A DNA stretch of 41,016 nucleotides, taken from Nemertoderma westbladi (lineage: Eukaryota; Animalia; Xenacoelomorpha). The notes beneath the pieces are model-generated. The model worked only from the letters and a program-made list of their open reading frames with translations, did not search any database and was not told where the DNA came from. Both the position numbers and the translations under genes were made by a program. How positions within the stretch are numbered: the first letter of the stretch is position 1; every line of letters starts with the position of its first letter. The stretch covers positions 1 to 41,016 of the forward strand of contig JAUCBJ010003502.1 of the NCBI GenBank assembly GCA_032718475.1. Reading direction: 5' to 3'. Shown here in pieces: positions 1 to 12,325 of the stretch.

Positions 1-194
1 CGACAGAAATAGGTAAAATCTCAATAAAAATTCAGGGCTGCAGTCCCTGATTAAGTACTAAGACCTACCAGTATACAATAATCAAAATCGAATAATACTA
101 AATGTACTTGTACAGCAGTACCGGTACCGGTGATGACAGTTAGGCCTACTGACCTACAAAGTACCGGTTCAGTTTTACCAGTCACTACGGTATT

Positions 195-388
195 TTGCAA
201 CCTTATTGCCTACTGCAATAAGATTATAACTGTTACTGTTCGACAGAACAGTATTAAACTGTATTTAATGCTTACACTGCAATACAAAGTAACTGTTACT
301 GTTCGACAGAACAGTATTAAACTGTATTTAATGCCTACACTTGCAACCTCATTGCCTACTGCAATAAGATCATAACTGTTACTGTTCG
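195..388. repeat. Short local duplications (~45-50 bp blocks)
   Basis: aactgttactgttcgacagaacagtattaaactgtatttaatgc occurs twice and ttgcaacct.attgcctactgcaataagat.ataactgttactgttcg occurs twice. This explains the repeated peptide in ORF 130..375. Confidence 0.8.
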
Positions 389-1855
389 CGCTTTTGAAGA
401 CCTTTAGCAGTTTAACCTGCCAAAATTTATATGTCTTTTAGTTAATTAACACACCTTTAGCATACGACAATATTTTATGCTAATAAACAAAACATTAGCC
501 GAAGCCAGCCCATGCGCGATCATTCACCCGATGGATCTACACCCGGGAGGCTGAATTCGGATGCTTAGATTTTATTATTGCAGTGTAAGGTTGCAGTGTA
601 AACCTATTGTATTATTCGATAGATCACTAATATGTAATTTCTGACAGATATTATTAACTTTCGGGAAATATTAACAGTTCCTTTAGGACGTGGCGCTCTA
701 TCTATTTAAACAGAGCTAGGACTTATACTAAACGCAACGATACTGCTTATGATTAAAGTATAAAGCGTATTCTTTAGGAAATACTTTGTTACCAATCACA
801 ATCATACACACTATTCTGCCGACAGTCAGTACATTTGATCACACATAAAGAGAGCAGTAATTGACTCACGTAGGGTCTGCTAAATAACATTGGATTCAAT
901 ACACACCACATTAATATAAATCGCAATTGTTATGTATAGCCGGTCTCTCTAACCTGTAGTGTTATCAAGAAAATTGGGAATTGGGTGATTTATCCGTATT
1001 ATCCAAATAGCAATATTTCCATCAACAAATAGGTAAAATTAATAACTGACGGTAAAATAACAGTACAAACAATATGATTAATGCAATTAAATTAAGTAAG
1101 TAAAGTATCAAGGTGAGATGAGTGAGGTAAGGTAACAGTTTATACTTTCGATAATTCAAGCAGTTTACTAGAGTTCTTCCCAAAAGGCCGGTGTTTCTGG
1201 CTTAGACAGCAATAACAACAAAGTATCAAGAAAAAACAGTAAGACTGAACACTCTCCTTATGATCGACTAAAAGCTACACGTCGACAGGAAAAATCGCTC
1301 TGATTGGCTCAAGCCAAACAAAGAACCACACATCCAATGGCTGTTTCCATGTCAGCAACCAGCTGTTAGATGTCGTAATATGAATCATCACGGCTAAGCT
1401 GTGAAAGGTAGTTGGTGCATTACAGGTTTTTTGCCTTACCATGTCCGCCAAAACACGTATATAGCAGAATTACTTTTATGTCCGTTAAAACACCTGTAAA
1501 GGTACCTTGCGGGCGAGGGGAATATATATACAGTCCGAGAACCCTTTTAGAGTATTCCAGCGCCTGGGGGGGAACTGGCCAGCAAAGGCAAACGTATCAG
1601 TTATCCCACAAAAGCTTTTACACAGTTGTTGGTTAAGTCTTTCTTATTGGACTACGTGTATTTTTACAATTATTGTGTCGGTTGATTGACTTCATCGGAT
1701 TGCTCAACTTATTCATCTTTGTTTATTACCATTTCAGGAACCAATTAAGGGTACAGCAGAGAGGTGTTTATCCATTTTTTCATTCACAATAAAGTATTTA
1801 ACATAAATGTTACATTTTTACCCATTTAACTTTACCCCAATAATATTTCTTCCAG

Positions 1856-2259
1856 GTTTTTCTTCGATGTTATTATCAAATCAATGTCCCAATTTCTCCA
1901 TGACAACGGTTTATTGTCTGCGTCTCGCAACCTTCGCTTCTCCGATCGCTTCTTAGATGACATCACCGCCCTTGTTCAGGCAATCATCAACGACGTAGTC
2001 AACAAGCTGTCCCGGGAGCCAACTGTTGCCGAACTCATTAACCAATCACTGGCCTTCTTTGTTTCGGATTTGCTATCACTAATGGACCGCGGTTTTGTGT
2101 TGGATGTAATAAAGACCTATTGTCGATACATTTATCAGAAATGTTCTGGTGCTCAAGATGCGGCCAAATTGTTTCGATACAAACTCGATTTCATGCGAAT
2201 TGTTTCCGCCCACGAACATTTTGCTGTTCTCAACCTCCCCCTCTGTCCTATTCCCATTT
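1856..2259 (+). CDS. DOCK7: DOCK-C family (DOCK6/7/8) GEF, internal exon A
   Basis: Acceptor ttccag|g at 1855/1856, donor gtaagt at 2260. Translates (W)FFFDVIIKSMSQFL...RFSDRFLDDI...NQSLAFFVSDLLSLMDRGFV...KLDFMRIVSAHEHFAVLNLP, which I recognise as DOCK6/7/8 sequence. The symbol denotes the subfamily; an invertebrate single DOCK-C orthologue is likely. Confidence 0.93.
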
Positions 2260-2299
2260 GTAAGTTTAGGTTTAATAATCTAATGTATGTTGGCAAAAT

Positions 2300-2385
2300 G
2301 TCCAGGGTGGTTGGTTGGGTCGTCGGTCTTACAACCGGGGGGTCGTGGGTTCGAACCCAGGGAAACGAACAACCCAGTTTTTATG
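2300..2385 (+). mobile_element. tRNA-like head, probable tRNA-derived SINE fragment or tRNA pseudogene
   Basis: B-box gggttcgaaccc at ~2347-2358, a short cggt-cttaca-accg hairpin upstream and a T-run downstream. No full cloverleaf is evident. Confidence 0.4.
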
Positions 2386-2941
2386 GAGCTGGTGGAGTGT
2401 ATAAAACTAAAAGGGTTGGATAATTCGCGTATCTTATATAATTCGCGTACCATGGGATTTAGTGTGGCACCGTGTTTCTCGTGCAGTGATAACTTTTACT
2501 TTAATCAACTTATACCATGTCCAACGTGTATTTATTAAGATATAATGCGGAGGTCGGATCTAAAAATAGGTAGTTTCAATAGTTATAGATTTAGTGAAGT
2601 TATATTTTATATGTAATCTAGTTAGTCAATTACCACTGCGTGTAAATCATAACGTGTACCGGTATAAATTAAGCCGTTGTCCTATGAATTAATTAAACGT
2701 TATACACCCAAGTATTGCTCAGTTCCTCTAATTTTTCAATTATTTTTATAAGCGCATCAATTATTAATAGGCCCATGTCATCCTAATCGGCAAGCCGGAC
2801 GATTTTTATTTTGTTAAACGTAAACGTAAACTGTTAAAAGTAAACAATTAAATTCGTTTACTATACTAATTACGTTAAAATACTAATTGTTTTTAGTATT
2901 TTCCCTCAACGATAATGTAAATTAATAAACGTTAATTGCAG

Positions 2942-3150
2942 TTACTAAGGCTCCGTCTAGTCCGACTCCAAGCGAACTGAGTCAGACGTCCCAGTTGAGT
3001 CTGATATCCACAACCAGTCACAAGGATAAAGTCACCGTGTTGGCAGGGAAACTCACGCCCGCCTACAGACATAAACAATTCCTGGTGGGGTTGTTGCTAG
3101 GAGATTTAAACGCAGTCCTTGCAACCAGCGCAACTGACTTGCAGAAGCAG
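2942..3150 (+). CDS. DOCK7: DOCK-C GEF exon B
   Basis: ttgcag|tt acceptor, phase 1 compatible with exon A. Reads FTKAPSSPTPSELSQTSQ...LTPAYRHKQFLVGLLLGDLNAVL...LQKQ, resembling DOCK7 PASPSPS...FRQQHYLAGLVLTEL. Donor cag|gtttgt. Not in the ORF track. Confidence 0.9.
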
Positions 3151-3279
3151 GTTTGTTCTACTAGTTAGTTAAGAGAGTAATTATAAATTATTAAGAGATG
3201 TGGTTTCGTTGTCTCGCGTCAGTATTGTATGGGCACTGTGACTCGTTTATACACAAGTCTTTTTGAGAATGTGTCCTTA

Positions 3280-4700
3280 ATTTTTTATTTTTTTTTTTTT
3301 ACGGCAAAATACAGCAGAATCATATTTTATTTACAAAAGATTAAAAATCACTAATTAATGTTAATTTAATTTAATTTAATTTCGTACATAGAAAATAAAT
3401 CTAGTACAGTATACATAGGACCAACAAAGCACACGATATATAAGGAATGATGTTAATAACGATGCACAGGGTAAATTAGTTACTGTAAATATGTGTACAA
3501 ACCAAACACCTAACTGATTTGAAATTAGTATCTGTAAACTATTATAACTAAACCTAATAAAGAGCTAACAGTATGAATAAACAAAATGAACAACAATAAA
3601 CAAGTCAATTAGTGGAAAATTAATTGAGAATGTCATCCAATTCAGATCTATCAAAACCAGGAATAAAAGTTTCTGCGCCACTAACTCTGCACTCAATTAA
3701 TTCACGGCACATATTAATAACTGGTAAATATTCGTGGGAGGTGAACCAAGAAACGTTATTGCAAAGTTTGGACGATAAATCATCAAATCGAACTTACACT
3801 TATCAGCGATGTGTCTCAAATTAGAGCCACTGACGGACCTACAATCAAATAGAGTAACATTACCAAGAAAACGAATAGATGGTTTATCAGAAGTTAATAA
3901 CGACTTTGCAAAAGTTACAAAACGACTGCACAACATAGATAACGGATACGGATAATCGATCAAACCATCTATCAAAAATCTATGAGAATTATATGGAAGC
4001 CCCCAAACTAATCGCATATTAATATTCCAGCTAGTTACCATTTTACGGCAAGAATCCCCCCAAAGGTCCCAAAGGTTACTCCCATAAAAACTCGTATAAA
4101 TTCGCTGAATTTTTGATAAACTATATGGATGTGCAAACATGAATTATTGCCTTAAACAATTCAACCTACCAATAAATATTCCCCTTTTACGTAAAATATC
4201 GCTACTGAACTTACAACCTGAATCAAATATGTTACCCAAATGCGTGGCCTCTTTAACCCATGGCAAATAAACAGAACGAATATAAACCTTAGCACCTGGT
4301 GGGTTCCAATTAAAACCAAATACACTTCCACTTGCTTTTACTAGCATCTACATTTGTACTAAAGCACATACTAAATTCTTTAGCAAAGTTCTCACATGTC
4401 GAAATCATCTTTTGTAAACCAATAATAGATGGACACAAAAGAAAAATATCATCTGCATATACGAAAACACCAAGGTATCTAGTACCTAAATGACAACCAA
4501 TCTTACTTTCTCTTAGCCGTACAATTAATTTATTTATCAAAACACAAAACAAAATCGGGGAAGCCACCGAGCCTTGTTTAACGCCATTTGAAATACTAAA
4601 AGTAGTGGAGCAGGCAGAACCCCATCTAACAAAACCGCACTGACCTTTGTACGTACATCGAAATTAGTGCACGCAGAAAAAGTGGCGAAATTAGTTAAGA
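3280..4700 (-). mobile_element. 5'-truncated, frameshifted non-LTR retrotransposon (LINE) RT C-terminal region, probably L2/CR1 group
   Basis: Minus-strand ORF pieces give NGVKQGSVASPILF...GCHLG...VYADDIFLLCPS...LQKM, HLGN and FYGSNLW...WGLPYNSH. A + strand T-run at 3280-3300 and an (AATTA)n tract at ~3360-3382 could be the 3' tail. Clade assignment is tentative. Confidence 0.85.
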
Positions 4701-4701
4701 G

Positions 4702-5715
4702 TTATGTTGAATGGGGTCTATCCTGTCTCGGCATTGGAGTAGAGGATCGACGTTTCCGAGATGTTGCAGCGCAGCAGACGACTTGAAGCGGATCGGCAAC
4801 CTCGGAGGCAGAGGAGAGAGGAGCGGAGCTCGGCCAGCTTGTGAGCCAAGCGGGTGACGAACTCACTTGCTGATGATGCCATGCCCCCAAACGCGGTGAA
4901 TATCATAGGAACAAAGTTCCCGTGTTCCACTTCTCTCACCCGCTCCTCATACTTGCGGATCTTGCGATCCTTATGATAGCGGTGCGCCGCCTCTAGGGAC
5001 ATTTGCATTTGCACATCTGCATTTGTGTCGGCCAGCGGGTTGAAGACCTCTGGACGACCTCTGGAAGCGGTTGCCCTAGAAGCCGCTCATCGACACTTGC
5101 TGTTGAGCCAGGACGATGCGCCTTTCTCCGACGTCAGCTCACAGAGCTTGCGTTGTTGTGGGGAGATCTTACTGTACGTTTTTTCAGCTTTTGCTGCTGT
5201 CTCCACCAACGACTGCACCTTCACCAGAATCACTGCATGTCTCTGTAGTTCGCGGACTGCCGACATGGTATCCGGAGATGCACCCAGGAAGGGTTCGCAA
5301 ATGCGGCGGGAGTTATTGTACTGGGCGCTCATATCGGACGGAACTGGGACTCCCAACCCACCGTAGCGAACAGGCAGAGAAAGCAGCTGTCGCTCCTCGG
5401 AGGAATAGCTGGATGGTCAACCAGGCGGCTGAGGCGTTGGATCAACGATTCCTCTAATTTCCCGAAATGATCAGTGGCGCTTGGGTCGACTCGGGACATG
5501 AATCGCCACCGACATGACAGGCCAAATACCAACCCTGCGTACGCACAGTGTGGGTCTAACTGGTCGACCTTGTTGGCGATGTACTGGCGTCGGAACTCCT
5601 CAGTACCAACCACTCCACTGAGGAGTTCATGTCCCACCGAATTTACGCAGATACCCGTACCGGCAAATAGTAACTCTGTATCATTGCGCTTCTTTAATGA
5701 GACCAAATTTGGTAT
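4702..5715 (-). mobile_element. Decayed CRE-like (restriction-like endonuclease) non-LTR retrotransposon fragment
   Basis: GC-richer block. Frameshifted pieces DPHCAYAGLVFGLSCRWRFMSR, GLGVP...QYNNSRRICEP...SEKGASSWL and K(I)RKYEERVREVEHGNFVPMIFTAFGGM match my recollection of the RT-thumb-to-RLE region of animal CRE-clade elements. Confidence 0.65.
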
Positions 5716-5720
5716 CTGTG

Positions 5721-8700
5721 AATTATTTAGTAGTAATTACACTGTGTTCTATCTCCAAGGCTGTCTCCGTATTATTTAGTAGTAATTACACTGTGTTCTA
5801 TCTCCAAGGCTGTCTCCGTATTATTTAGTAGTAATTACACTGTGTTCTATCTCCAAGGCTGTCTCCGAATTATTTAGTAGTAATTACACTGTGTTCTATC
5901 TCCAAGGCTGTCTCCGTATTATTTAGTAGTAATTACACTGTGTTCTATCTCCAAGGCTGTCTCCGTATTATTTAGTAGTAATTACACTGTGTTCTATCTC
6001 CAAGGCTGTCTCCGTATTATTTAGTAGTAATTACACTGTGTTCTATCTCCAAGGCTGTCTCCGTATTATTTAGTAGTAATTACACTGTGTTCTATCTCCA
6101 AGGCTGTCTCCGTATTATTTAGTAGTAATTACACTGTGTTCTATCTCCAAGGCTGTCTCCGTATTATTTAGTAGTAATTACACTGTGTTCTATCTCCAAG
6201 GCTGTCTCCGTATTATTTAGTAGTAATTACACTGTGTTCTATCTCCAAGGCTGTCTCCGTATTATTTAGTAGTAATTACACTGTGTTCTATCTCCAAGGC
6301 TGTCGACGTATTATTTAGTAGTAATTACACTGTGTTCTATCTCCAAGGCTGTCGACGTATTATTTAGTAGTAATTACACTGTGTTCTATCTCCAAGGCTG
6401 TCTCCGTATTATTTAGTAGTAATTACACTGTGTTCTATCTCCAAGGCTGTCGACGTATTATTTAGTAGTAATTACACTGTGTTCTATCTCCAAGGCTGTC
6501 TCCGTATTATTTAGTAGTAATTACACTGTGTTCTATCTCCAAGGCTGTCTCCGTATTATTTAGTAGTAATTACACTGTGTTCTATCTCCAAGGCTGTCGA
6601 CGTATTATTTAGTAGTAATTACACTGTGTTCTATCTCCAAGGCTGTCTCCGTATTATTTAGTAGTAATTACACTGTGTTCTATCTCCAAGGCTGTCTCCG
6701 TATTATTTAGTAGTAATTACACTGTGTTCTATCTCCAAGGCTGTCGACGTATTATTTAGTAGTAATTACACTGTGTTCTATCTCCAAGGCTGTCTCCGTA
6801 TTATTTAGTAGTAATTACACTGTGTTCTATCTCCAAGGCTGTCTCCGTATTATTTAGTAGTAATTACACTGTGTTCTATCTCCAAGGCTGTCTCCGTATT
6901 ATTTAGTAGTAATTACACTGTGTTCTATCTCCAAGGCTGTCTCCGTATTATTTAGTAGTAATTACACTGTGTTCTATCTCCAAGGCTGTCTCCGTATTAT
7001 TTAGTAGTAATTACACTGTGTTCTATCTCCAAGGCTGTCGACGTATTATTTAGTAGTAATTACACTGTGTTCTATCTCCAAGGCTGTCTCCGTATTATTT
7101 AGTAGTAATTACACTGTGTTCTATCTCCAAGGCTGTCTCCGTATTATTTAGTAGTAATTACACTGTGTTCTATCTCCAAGGCTGTCGACGTATTATTTAG
7201 TAGTAATTACACTGTGTTCTATCTCCAAGGCTGTCTCCGTATTATTTAGTAGTAATTACACTGTGTTCTATCTCCAAGGCTGTCTCCGTATTATTTAGTA
7301 GTAATTACACTGTGTTCTATCTCCAAGGCTGTCTCCGTATTATTTAGTAGTAATTACACTGTGTTCTATCTCCAAGGCTGTCGACGTATTATTTAGTAGT
7401 AATTACACTGTGTTCTATCTCCAAGGCTGTCTCCGTATTATTTAGTAGTAATTACACTGTGTTCTATCTCCAAGGCTGTCGACGTATTATTTAGTAGTAA
7501 TTACACTGTGTTCTATCTCCAAGGCTGTCTCCGTATTATTTAGTAGTAATTACACTGTGTTCTATCTCCAAGGCTGTCTCCGTATTATTTAGTAGTAATT
7601 ACACTGTGTTCTATCTCCAAGGCTGTCTCCGTATTATTTAGTAGTAATTACACTGTGTTCTATCTCCAAGGCTGTCGACGTATTATTTAGTAGTAATTAC
7701 ACTGTGTTCTATCTCCAAGGCTGTCTCCGTATTATTTAGTAGTAATTACACTGTGTTCTATCTCCAAGGCTGTCGACGTATTATTTAGTAGTAATTACAC
7801 TGTGTTCTATCTCCAAGGCTGTCTCCGTATTATTTAGTAGTAATTACACTGTGTTCTATCTCCAAGGCTGTCGACGTATTATTTAGTAGTAATTACACTG
7901 TGTTCTATCTCCAAGGCTGTCTCCGTATTATTTAGTAGTAATTACACTGTGTTCTATCTCCAAGGCTGTCGACGTATTATTTAGTAGTAATTACACTGTG
8001 TTCTATCTCCAAGGCTGTCTCCGTATTATTTAGTAGTAATTACACTGTGTTCTATCTCCAAGGCTGTCTCCGTATTATTTAGTAGTAATTACACTGTGTT
8101 CTATCTCCAAGGCTGTCTCCGTATTATTTAGTAGTAATTACACTGTGTTCTATCTCCAAGGCTGTCTCCGTATTATTTAGTAGTAATTACACTGTGTTCT
8201 ATCTCCAAGGCTGTCTCCGTATTATTTAGTAGTAATTACACTGTGTTCTATCTCCAAGGCTGTCGACGTATTATTTAGTAGTAATTACACTGTGTTCTAT
8301 CTCCAAGGCTGTCTCCGTATTATTTAGTAGTAATTACACTGTGTTCTATCTCCAAGGCTGTCTCCGTATTATTTAGTAGTAATTACACTGTGTTCTATCT
8401 CCAAGGCTGTCTCCGTATTATTTAGTAGTAATTACACTGTGTTCTATCTCCAAGGCTGTCGACGTATTATTTAGTAGTAATTACACTGTGTTCTATCTCC
8501 AAGGCTGTCTCCGTATTATTTAGTAGTAATTACACTGTGTTCTATCTCCAAGGCTGTCGACGTATTATTTAGTAGTAATTACACTGTGTTCTATCTCCAA
8601 GGCTGTCTCCGTATTATTTAGTAGTAATTACACTGTGTTCTATCTCCAAGGCTGTCTCCGTATTATTTAGTAGTAATTACACTGTGTTCTATCTCCAAGG

Positions 8701-11700
8701 CTGTCTCCGTATTATTTAGTAGTAATTACACTGTGTTCTATCTCCAAGGCTGTCGACGTATTATTTAGTAGTAATTACACTGTGTTCTATCTCCAAGGCT
8801 GTCTCCGTATTATTTAGTAGTAATTACACTGTGTTCTATCTCCAAGGCTGTCTCCGTATTATTTAGTAGTAATTACACTGTGTTCTATCTCCAAGGCTGT
8901 CTCCGTATTATTTAGTAGTAATTACACTGTGTTCTATCTCCAAGGCTGTCGACGTATTATTTAGTAGTAATTACACTGTGTTCTATCTCCAAGGCTGTCT
9001 CCGTATTATTTAGTAGTAATTACACTGTGTTCTATCTCCAAGGCTGTCGACGTATTATTTAGTAGTAATTACACTGTGTTCTATCTCCAAGGCTGTCTCC
9101 GTATTATTTAGTAGTAATTACACTGTGTTCTATCTCCAAGGCTGTCTCCGTATTATTTAGTAGTAATTACACTGTGTTCTATCTCCAAGGCTGTCGACGT
9201 ATTATTTAGTAGTAATTACACTGTGTTCTATCTCCAAGGCTGTCTCCGTATTATTTAGTAGTAATTACACTGTGTTCTATCTCCAAGGCTGTCTCCGTAT
9301 TATTTAGTAGTAATTACACTGTGTTCTATCTCCAAGGCTGTCGACGTATTATTTAGTAGTAATTACACTGTGTTCTATCTCCAAGGCTGTCTCCGTATTA
9401 TTTAGTAGTAATTACACTGTGTTCTATCTCCAAGGCTGTCTCCGTATTATTTAGTAGTAATTACACTGTGTTCTATCTCCAAGGCTGTCGACGTATTATT
9501 TAGTAGTAATTACACTGTGTTCTATCTCCAAGGCTGTCTCCGTATTATTTAGTAGTAATTACACTGTGTTCTATCTCCAAGGCTGTCTCCGTATTATTTA
9601 GTAGTAATTACACTGTGTTCTATCTCCAAGGCTGTCGACGTATTATTTAGTAGTAATTACACTGTGTTCTATCTCCAAGGCTGTCTCCGTATTATTTAGT
9701 AGTAATTACACTGTGTTCTATCTCCAAGGCTGTCTCCGTATTATTTAGTAGTAATTACACTGTGTTCTATCTCCAAGGCTGTCGACGTATTATTTAGTAG
9801 TAATTACACTGTGTTCTATCTCCAAGGCTGTCTCCGTATTATTTAGTAGTAATTACACTGTGTTCTATCTCCAAGGCTGTCTCCGTATTATTTAGTAGTA
9901 ATTACACTGTGTTCTATCTCCAAGGCTGTCTCCGTATTATTTAGTAGTAATTACACTGTGTTCTATCTCCAAGGCTGTCGACGTATTATTTAGTAGTAAT
10001 TACACTGTGTTCTATCTCCAAGGCTGTCTCCGTATTATTTAGTAGTAATTACACTGTGTTCTATCTCCAAGGCTGTCGACGTATTATTTAGTAGTAATTA
10101 CACTGTGTTCTATCTCCAAGGCTGTCTCCGTATTATTTAGTAGTAATTACACTGTGTTCTATCTCCAAGGCTGTCTCCGTATTATTTAGTAGTAATTACA
10201 CTGTGTTCTATCTCCAAGGCTGTCGACGTATTATTTAGTAGTAATTACACTGTGTTCTATCTCCAAGGCTGTCTCCGTATTATTTAGTAGTAATTACACT
10301 GTGTTCTATCTCCAAGGCTGTCTCCGTATTATTTAGTAGTAATTACACTGTGTTCTATCTCCAAGGCTGTCTCCGTATTATTTAGTAGTAATTACACTGT
10401 GTTCTATCTCCAAGGCTGTCGACGTATTATTTAGTAGTAATTACACTGTGTTCTATCTCCAAGGCTGTCTCCGTATTATTTAGTAGTAATTACACTGTGT
10501 TCTATCTCCAAGGCTGTCTCCGTATTATTTAGTAGTAATTACACTGTGTTCTATCTCCAAGGCTGTCTCCGTATTATTTAGTAGTAATTACACTGTGTTC
10601 TATCTCCAAGGCTGTCTCCGTATTATTTAGTAGTAATTACACTGTGTTCTATCTCCAAGGCTGTCTCCGTATTATTTAGTAGTAATTACACTGTGTTCTA
10701 TCTCCAAGGCTGTCGACGTATTATTTAGTAGTAATTACACTGTGTTCTATCTCCAAGGCTGTCTCCGTATTATTTAGTAGTAATTACACTGTGTTCTATC
10801 TCCAAGGCTGTCTCCGTATTATTTAGTAGTAATTACACTGTGTTCTATCTCCAAGGCTGTCGACGTATTATTTAGTAGTAATTACACTGTGTTCTATCTC
10901 CAAGGCTGTCTCCGTATTATTTAGTAGTAATTACACTGTGTTCTATCTCCAAGGCTGTCTCCGTATTATTTAGTAGTAATTACACTGTGTTCTATCTCCA
11001 AGGCTGTCTCCGTATTATTTAGTAGTAATTACACTGTGTTCTATCTCCAAGGCTGTCGACGTATTATTTAGTAGTAATTACACTGTGTTCTATCTCCAAG
11101 GCTGTCTCCGTATTATTTAGTAGTAATTACACTGTGTTCTATCTCCAAGGCTGTCTCCGTATTATTTAGTAGTAATTACACTGTGTTCTATCTCCAAGGC
11201 TGTCTCCGTATTATTTAGTAGTAATTACACTGTGTTCTATCTCCAAGGCTGTCTCCGTATTATTTAGTAGTAATTACACTGTGTTCTATCTCCAAGGCTG
11301 TCTCCGTATTATTTAGTAGTAATTACACTGTGTTCTATCTCCAAGGCTGTCGACGTATTATTTAGTAGTAATTACACTGTGTTCTATCTCCAAGGCTGTC
11401 TCCGTATTATTTAGTAGTAATTACACTGTGTTCTATCTCCAAGGCTGTCTCCGTATTATTTAGTAGTAATTACACTGTGTTCTATCTCCAAGGCTGTCGA
11501 CGTATTATTTAGTAGTAATTACACTGTGTTCTATCTCCAAGGCTGTCGCCGTATTATTTAGTAGTAATTACACTGTGTTCTATCTCCAAGGCTGTCTCCG
11601 TATTATTTAGTAGTAATTACACTGTGTTCTATCTCCAAGGCTGTCTCCGTATTATTTAGTAGTAATTACACTGTGTTCTATCTCCAAGGCTGTCGACGTA

Positions 11701-11805
11701 TTATTTAGTAGTAATTACACTGTGTTCTATCTCCAAGGCTGTCTCCGTATTTTTTAGTAGTAATTACACTGTGTTCTATCTCCAAGGCTGTCGACGTATT
11801 ATTTA
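5721..11805 (+). repeat. 49-bp minisatellite (~124 copies) made of the exon C acceptor junction
   Basis: Unit tattatttagtagtaattacactgtgttctatctccaaggctgtc[tc/ga]cg with period 49 (5761 to 5810). The last unit runs into exon C. Confidence 0.98.
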
Positions 11806-11978
11806 ACCTGCTGAAGTCCCACGATCGCGACTCTCGCTACATGGATCCTACGATAAAGTCGAAAGTGGCCCGTCTCTATTTACCTTTAGTTACCATAGCA
11901 ATGGAGGGCGTTAGTCAAATAGACGTCGCCGGTCGTCAACAATTCTATGCGCCGCTAGGAGGCGCACCACTATCGTCG
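11787..11978 (+). CDS. DOCK7: DOCK-C GEF exon C
   Basis: Acceptor ctccaag|gct is the last unit of the 49-bp array. Phase 0; reads AVDVLFNLLKSHDRDSRYMDPTIKSKVARLYLPLV..., resembling DOCK7 HNLLSSHDSDPRY...VAMLYLPL. Donor tcg|gttagt. Confidence 0.9.
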
Positions 11979-12173
11979 GTTAGTTGTTATCTATGGTTTT
12001 ATGTTATATTATATTATTTATATCACATCAGTTGGTAGTTTCATTTACGGTATTAGTCCATTAGATTCATGGATGCTATAAATAATGTTTATACAATTAT
12101 TATTAGGAAACAATTGACATTTAGTTAAAATGTTAAAAAATATATTATGTTCGTTTTATTTATTCCCGTTTAG

Positions 12174-12311
12174 CTTATTAATCGATCGGTTGCTATGGCA
12201 ATAGCGGGTAGTAATAGTCATTCCGTAAGTGACCAATCAGGTGGGACTTCTGGTGCGATGCATTCAACAGATGATAAACTCAATAAGTTGCCTGAAGATA
12301 CCAGCAGGCAG
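12174..12311 (+). CDS. DOCK7: DOCK-C GEF exon D
   Basis: tttag|ctt acceptor. 46 codons, LINRSVAMAIAGSN...LPEDTSRQ, containing the DOCK-C VAMAIAG motif. Donor cag|gtaagt. Not in the ORF track. Confidence 0.88.
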
Positions 12312-12325
12312 GTAAGTTGCTATAG

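Noticed and set aside
1720-1760. Possible micro-exon ttcag|gaaccaattaagg|gtacag upstream of exon A
   Set aside because: Weak donor, and it does not end in TG as needed to complete the conserved Trp codon at the start of exon A.
2260-2423. C-terminal part of ORF 1884..2423, and similar read-through tails of other exon ORFs
   Set aside because: DOCK similarity stops at canonical GT donors; the tails are intronic.
5003-5779. Plus-strand ORFs over the GC-rich block
   Set aside because: Antisense shadows of the minus-strand retrotransposon fragment.
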